From Pseudotevenvirus miller (taxonomy: Duplodnaviria; Heunggongvirae; Uroviricota; Caudoviricetes; Straboviridae), in IMG/VR virus record IMGVR_UViG_2706796139_000001, positions 1 through 50,894 of that record: a stretch of 50,894 nt of DNA. One strand, given 5' to 3'. The stretch's first letter is position 1. Each line of letters opens with the position of its first letter. Below the pieces are notes generated by a model. It worked only from the letters and a program-made list of their open reading frames with translations. It had not been told where the DNA came from and did no database searches. Shown one piece after another: positions 46,246 through 50,894 of this stretch. A program made the translations under genes and the position numbers.

Positions 46246-46528
46246 TTGTCGCGTCGTAAACAAGTATAAAAGTGATTGGGATGTCGATATTCAAAGAGGT
46301 ACGAAGTTCGGCAATCCCTTTTACAAGGGAACACGGGGTGAAAACATATTGAATTTCATCCCGTATTTCCAAAACTTGATTCGAACTGGCGTGATAACCA
46401 TTGACGAACTGAAAGAATTGGACGGGAAACGGTTAGGATGTACCTGTAAGCCGTTGCCTTGTCATGGTGACTACATAGCACACTGTGTTAATGTTGTAAC
46501 TGGAAAGGTGAATAAGTTGGATATATGA
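46217..46528 (+). CDS. DUF4326-like protein
   Basis: VDIQRGTKFGNPF...LDGKRLGCTCKPLPCHGD; start codon uncertain. Confidence 0.7.
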   Translation: MQNGDKNTLDCRVVNKYKSDWDVDIQRGTKFGNPFYKGTRGENILNFIPYFQNLIRTGVITIDELKELDGKRLGCTCKPLPCHGDYIAHCVNVVTGKVNKLDI

Positions 46529-46935
46529 TGGATGGAAAGACATTCCCGCTTTCCCTGGGTTCGGATAAGCGGATCGATCGGAGTTTCGTTAAGTGTGGCG
46601 AATACCGATATTGTGTATATTTTATTGAAATCGACGGTCGGATAGTGTATGTTGGTAAATGTCGTGACTTATGGAAGCGGTTAGATACATACCGCAATTC
46701 AAAATACTGGAAGGAAGCAAACCCCAGCAATATTTTGAAGACCGCACGTCTGGAAATGGCAATCAAAAAACGTAAGCGCGTGAATCTTATCGTGACAACA
46801 CACGATGAAGAGACATATCATGATTATGAAATCAACATGATCCGAAAAATCAATCCTGAATGGAACAAACAGCATTATGACAAAGCTAACAAAAAACCAG
46901 AAAACACTCTTCAACCAATTGATGAAGCTGTGTAA
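46525..46935 (+). CDS. denA: GIY-YIG endonuclease II-like
   Basis: CVYFI..IVYVGK...KRL..Y, terminal E...I.KINPEWN; 136 aa between nrdB and rnlA as in T4. Confidence 0.75.
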   Translation: MMDGKTFPLSLGSDKRIDRSFVKCGEYRYCVYFIEIDGRIVYVGKCRDLWKRLDTYRNSKYWKEANPSNILKTARLEMAIKKRKRVNLIVTTHDEETYHDYEINMIRKINPEWNKQHYDKANKKPENTLQPIDEAV

Positions 46936-48034
46936 CGAAACCGAATGCTTTTACTTTATTGATCAAAAAACCGTAATGCAGACCCACGTTCGCATTTTCA
47001 ACTATCGTATGGCGAGTTATTCCGATTGGTTGAAACCTGGTGCGCTGGAATGTCGCGGCATTATGTTTGCAATGGATGGGGATACCCCCGTAAAACTCGT
47101 CAGCCGTCCTATGGAGAAGTTTTTCAACTACGCCGAGGTAAAGGCATGGGAAGCACTTAAAGAGGCTCCTGTGACGATTGGCGACACCGTAGTTGATGTG
47201 ATGATTAAGGAAGATGGTTCCCTGATCTCTACATTCTGTGATTCCGGCTATCTGGGCGTTAAGTCAAAAGCGTCTGTACAGTCTGAACAGGCTATGGACG
47301 CAATGAGCGTGATCCAAACTAACCGCGCATTGTTCGAACGCCTTACAGAACTGGTTCGCGATGGATTCACCGTCAACATGGAATATGTCGCACCAACTAA
47401 CCGTATTGTAATTGGTTATCAAGACCCTGCTGTTGTGATCCTGAACATTCGCAACAACGATACAGGTGAATACGTACCGTATCAGGATATTTTTGCTGAT
47501 GCTGTGCTGCGTCCTTATCTCGTTGAACGTGAGAAAATCGAAATCACCGATCTGGATGCTTTCATTGCAGATGCGTACACGAAAGAAGGTTTCGAGGGAT
47601 ACGTAATCAAGACGAACAAAGGTTTTGTGAAAGCAAAAACAAACTGGTACGTGAATCTTCACCGCACGAAGGATAGCATCACCAATAACAAAGATTTGTT
47701 CTTAAATATTGTTGATAACACGGTTGATGACCTGAAACAATTATTCCTGGATGATACATATTCACTCAAGAAAATTGATGCGTTTGAAACTATGTTCCTC
47801 GATAGTCTGAATCGTCTGTCTGCAAAAGCATTCAAGGCGATTGAAGATACTAAAGGATTGTCCCGTAAGGATTACGCAATCAAACTGAGTTCGGATTTAA
47901 CCCCAGATGGGCGCATTATCTTTGGCCCGATGATGCGATATTTCGATGATACCGATAAACAAAAATTGGTTGATAACATCGTTTCTCTGATGGTTAAAAA
48001 TTACGAACAGTTCATACCGGAAGAGTATAAATGA
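46877..48034 (+). CDS. rnlA: RNA ligase 1
   Basis: LECRGIMF, MEKFFN, KEDGSL, EGYVI, KAKT.WY. Confidence 0.93.
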   Translation: MTKLTKNQKTLFNQLMKLCNETECFYFIDQKTVMQTHVRIFNYRMASYSDWLKPGALECRGIMFAMDGDTPVKLVSRPMEKFFNYAEVKAWEALKEAPVTIGDTVVDVMIKEDGSLISTFCDSGYLGVKSKASVQSEQAMDAMSVIQTNRALFERLTELVRDGFTVNMEYVAPTNRIVIGYQDPAVVILNIRNNDTGEYVPYQDIFADAVLRPYLVEREKIEITDLDAFIADAYTKEGFEGYVIKTNKGFVKAKTNWYVNLHRTKDSITNNKDLFLNIVDNTVDDLKQLFLDDTYSLKKIDAFETMFLDSLNRLSAKAFKAIEDTKGLSRKDYAIKLSSDLTPDGRIIFGPMMRYFDDTDKQKLVDNIVSLMVKNYEQFIPEEYK

Positions 48035-48357
48035 ACATACCAGCTTTACCAAAGTTAAGTTCTTTGGTATGGCCTGTGATTGTGGGGCTATCTTTGATAG
48101 CCCTTTTTTATATTGCAGTCGATACCAAAATAGAAAACAGACAATTGTCTAATGATATCAAAGCATTACAAGCTGATATCAAGAAAGTCAAAGAGACAAA
48201 CAACACCAACACCGTGATTTACGTAGAGCAAAAGGCGAAGGATCAGCAACTGGTGAAAGATGCGGGACGTAAAGATCTGTTATTCAAAAAGCCTGGACTG
48301 ATTGAAATCAAGATCAACAAATCATTCGAAGAGTATATGGAGGAATTCGATAAATGA
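48031..48357 (+). CDS. Inner-membrane spanin (pseT.3 / Rz-like)
   Basis: TM helix plus coiled coil, KPGLIEIKINKSF; adjacent to a lipoprotein gene. Confidence 0.75.
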   Translation: MNIPALPKLSSLVWPVIVGLSLIALFYIAVDTKIENRQLSNDIKALQADIKKVKETNNTNTVIYVEQKAKDQQLVKDAGRKDLLFKKPGLIEIKINKSFEEYMEEFDK

Positions 48358-48680
48358 AAATCTCCGTGTTAGTCCTTATCATCGGCGCTCTGTTGGTTGG
48401 GTGTGCTGAAAAGCCCCCAGAAAAGGTTTTACCGACCTTACCTGCTAAAGTGAATCCGGTTGATGTTAAATGGAAAGTGATCGCAGAAGTACGGGAAATC
48501 GACGGGAAGAAATATCTTGTTATGCCGTTTGACGGAAACCCATATGTTGCGCTATCATATCCAGACTCATTGATTTTTCGTAGCTGGATGAATGATGTTA
48601 AGCGACAGAAAGATCAAACCGATAATATCCTATGTACAGTGGGATACCCAGAAAAATGTAAGTTGAGAAATTTAAAATGA
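48354..48680 (+). CDS. Outer-membrane spanin lipoprotein (pseT.2 / Rz1-like)
   Basis: Lipobox LVG-C, Pro-rich segment, ALSYPDS..FR.W.NDVKR. Confidence 0.78.
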   Translation: MKISVLVLIIGALLVGCAEKPPEKVLPTLPAKVNPVDVKWKVIAEVREIDGKKYLVMPFDGNPYVALSYPDSLIFRSWMNDVKRQKDQTDNILCTVGYPEKCKLRNLK

Positions 48681-49564
48681 ATCTGATTATTACTGTAGGC
48701 GTACCAGGTAGCGGTAAAACTACTTGGGCGAAAGAGAAAGCGCGTGAAATGGGAAATACGTTGACTGTTTCCCGTGATGACATCCGTCGAACCCTTTACT
48801 GTGCTGGCGGCGATCTGGTTGGATATAAGTTCACCGAAGAGAAAGAAAACCTGGTCACTAAGTTACAGGCAGACATCGTGTTAAACGCTCTTGCTTCTGG
48901 TAAGAATGTGATTGTGCATAACACGCACCTGAAAAAAGGCGACCATGTTTACTGGAAAGAAATCGCGAAGTATACGAAAGCAGATTTTCACATCGAATGG
49001 ATGGATGCTGATATCGTTGAACTTCTGAAACGCAACCATAAACGCGGTGTAAATGCTTTACCTGTTTCCCGCTTATGGGAAATGTTCGAACAGTACCGTA
49101 AATTACGCGGTTGGGTTCCGGCTATGCAGTTTGCAGATCCGAGCAAACCGAAATGCGTTATCTTTGATGTTGACGGTACTCTGACCAAAGTCGGACAGCG
49201 TAGCCCGTATGACTTCACGAAGGTAATCGACGATCCTGCTAACCCTCCGGTTCAGGAACTGTTCAGGATGTATAAAGCCGCTGGTTATGCCTGTGTTGTT
49301 GTATCGGGGCGTGAAAGTACGGAACAATGCGCACATGATACCAAAGCAAGCCTTACTGCGTATGATGTTGACCTGAGTGATGGTATTTTCATGCGTGAAG
49401 AAGGTGATCATCGTCACGATTTTTACGTAAAAGAGCAAATACTTGTTGAAAAGATTCTCGATAAGTATTATCCTGTTCTTGCAGTGGACGACCGAGACAC
49501 CCCAGTAGGGATGTGGAGAATGAACGGAATTCCGTGCTTCCAGGTTGATTACGGCGACTTTTAA
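48677..49564 (+). CDS. pseT: Polynucleotide 5'-kinase / 3'-phosphatase
   Basis: GVPGSGKTTW, SRDDIR, HAD DVDGT, VSGR, DDR. Confidence 0.95.
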   Translation: MNLIITVGVPGSGKTTWAKEKAREMGNTLTVSRDDIRRTLYCAGGDLVGYKFTEEKENLVTKLQADIVLNALASGKNVIVHNTHLKKGDHVYWKEIAKYTKADFHIEWMDADIVELLKRNHKRGVNALPVSRLWEMFEQYRKLRGWVPAMQFADPSKPKCVIFDVDGTLTKVGQRSPYDFTKVIDDPANPPVQELFRMYKAAGYACVVVSGRESTEQCAHDTKASLTAYDVDLSDGIFMREEGDHRHDFYVKEQILVEKILDKYYPVLAVDDRDTPVGMWRMNGIPCFQVDYGDF

Positions 49565-49572
49565 AAAAACAG

Positions 49573-49610
49573 TTGACAGTGAGTGCGGGTATGATAAGAT
49601 ACTCGCACAC
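49573..49610 (+). promoter_or_regulatory. Promoter with its -10 in a hairpin loop
   Basis: TTGACA-16-TAAGAT with extended TG; gtgcgggtat..atactcgcac flanks the -10. Confidence 0.6.
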
Positions 49611-49625
49611 AAAAGGAGATATATT

Positions 49626-49892
49626 ATGATCGAACGTGAAAATGTAAATGTTATGGTTGAACTGGGTGATCGTGTTAAAGTTGACAATCCTGTAGATTTG
49701 CAACTAAAATTAAACCAGTTAGGCCAACGTCTTGTTGATCGGCTTCCTGCTGGTTATAATGTGAAACTTGTCCGTGACGGTCAGTTCTCCTTCCTGTTGG
49801 GGATCATTAGTCAACGTGGTATCGTTGAACAACAGTTCGGAATCCAATGGAATCCGGTATCTAAATTTGTTACTTGGGCTGGTGTCCTATGA
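49626..49892 (+). CDS. Hypothetical protein
   Basis: SD AAGGAG before ATG 49626. Confidence 0.65.
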   Translation: MIERENVNVMVELGDRVKVDNPVDLQLKLNQLGQRLVDRLPAGYNVKLVRDGQFSFLLGIISQRGIVEQQFGIQWNPVSKFVTWAGVL

Positions 49893-50158
49893 ATGAAACA
49901 AAAAATCCGAGTGATATAGTTGAGGTTCATGAAGCATGGATTCTCACTGATAAAGATAAGGTTCGGTATGGCTGTCTGTTCGGTTTAGTGTGTTTAGACC
50001 CAGAAGTAGACATAATGACTAGCCCGATTGTATCTTATAGTCATCCAGCGAACACGGAATTTGTTGAAGTGATTACGCGATCTGGTAGCACGTATCGCGT
50101 AGTAAATCCAGATTCTGATTTCATGAAGCAGTTATTAACCGTGATGGATGACAAATGA
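49889..50158 (+). CDS. Hypothetical protein
   Basis: ATGA coupling; TSPIV...TRSGSTYRV. Confidence 0.6.
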   Translation: MNETKNPSDIVEVHEAWILTDKDKVRYGCLFGLVCLDPEVDIMTSPIVSYSHPANTEFVEVITRSGSTYRVVNPDSDFMKQLLTVMDDK

Positions 50159-50355
50159 AAAATGTTATCGTAGCGGCAGTGATAATGTGCATCATATCCA
50201 TTATACTTGTTATAATGAGCACACCAAACAAACCGACTTCTAAGATAACACCATATCAGTCGAGCAAGACAGAAGAAAGCTCTTGCTCGATGCCAATGTG
50301 TGAATCGTTGGGTGGTCATGATGCAATTGCTTTACAAGTTATGTTTGGAGATTAA
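50155..50355 (+). CDS. Small membrane protein
   Basis: N-terminal TM helix; ATGA coupling. Confidence 0.55.
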   Translation: MKNVIVAAVIMCIISIILVIMSTPNKPTSKITPYQSSKTEESSCSMPMCESLGGHDAIALQVMFGD

Positions 50356-50880
50356 ATGAAATTACTTCATATGATCCGCGCCATAAAGCAAAGTCAGGGT
50401 TCTCGATGTATATCGAACCGTGTAGGCGCTGTTATTGTAATGAATGGGCGTGTGGTTTCACAGGGTACGAATAATACGGTTGATTCTGATTGTCGATGCG
50501 CCGATCATAACAATCATATGCTGAATGATGAAGGTAAGTTGAAAGCAATTCATCGACCAGAACATTCAGCATGGTCGAACGATAACGAAATTCACGCTGA
50601 AATGAAAGCGTTGCTAAGTGCTCATACTAATGGTATCATGCTTAATAACGCAGAGTTATACACAACCGCTTCACCGTGTCCGAACTGTGCAAAACACATC
50701 GAATGGTATGTTGCGATTGGTGCAATAACTGCTGTATACTACCTCGATAAATACGATCGTGGTAATGACGAATGGATTTCACGTTTGCAAAAATATGGTT
50801 GCAGAGTGGAACAAATTAAACGGGAAGAGTTGGAACCTCATATCAACTTTTCTAATTTAGTGTTTAACAACAATGAGTAA
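50356..50880 (+). CDS. cd: dCMP deaminase
   Basis: VGAVIV, G.N, HAE, PCPNC zinc motifs. Confidence 0.9.
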   Translation: MKLLHMIRAIKQSQGSRCISNRVGAVIVMNGRVVSQGTNNTVDSDCRCADHNNHMLNDEGKLKAIHRPEHSAWSNDNEIHAEMKALLSAHTNGIMLNNAELYTTASPCPNCAKHIEWYVAIGAITAVYYLDKYDRGNDEWISRLQKYGCRVEQIKREELEPHINFSNLVFNNNE

Positions 50881-50894
50881 CAAAATGTCTGAAT

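Noticed and set aside
46525-46935. GIY-YIG ORF as a homing endonuclease
   Set aside because: It is only 136 aa with no extra DNA-binding modules, and its size and position match denA.
50873-50894. Start of an ORF after cd
   Set aside because: It is truncated by the window edge, leaving only a few codons.
1-50894. tRNA, rRNA, CRISPR arrays, IS elements or integrase
   Set aside because: None were recognisable by eye, and the intergenic gaps are short and explained by promoters or terminators. A tRNAscan/Infernal run would be needed to exclude small RNAs.

Overview
Early/replication region of a T4-like myophage (Straboviridae). Gene order and content match the RB43/RB16 (Pseudotevenvirus) or KP15 (Slopekvirus) type. 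The minus strand (1-34094) carries rIIB, two identical tandem rIIA copies, a SprT-like protease, topoisomerase (52 and fused 39+60), a promoter-rich accessory region (MazG-like, denV, LysM, many small ORFs), dexA, dda, 56, 61, an orphan amino-methyltransferase, 41, 40, uvsX, 43, regA, 62, 44, 45, rpbA, 32, 59, 33, dsbA and rnh. After a highly structured divergent intergenic region (34095-34415), the plus strand carries 55, 47, 46, a full-length J-domain protein (Rki-like), frd, td, nrdA, nrdB, a DUF4326-like gene, denA, rnlA, spanins, pseT and cd. No tRNA, CRISPR array, intron or free-standing homing endonuclease was found. The hmC-modification genes (42, beta-gt, alpha-gt, alc) are missing from their T4 positions. 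Main oddities: (1) an exact start-codon-to-start-codon 2249-bp rIIA duplication, possibly a curation artefact; (2) an origin-like palindromic element with repeated GAnCGnAGnGA motifs; (3) promoter/terminator hybrid cassettes and a helically phased 20-bp upstream box; (4) a gapless 88-aa tandem repeat in the J-domain protein; (5) denA retained without visible cytosine protection. All calls come from reading the sequence and recalled family motifs; no database search was run.
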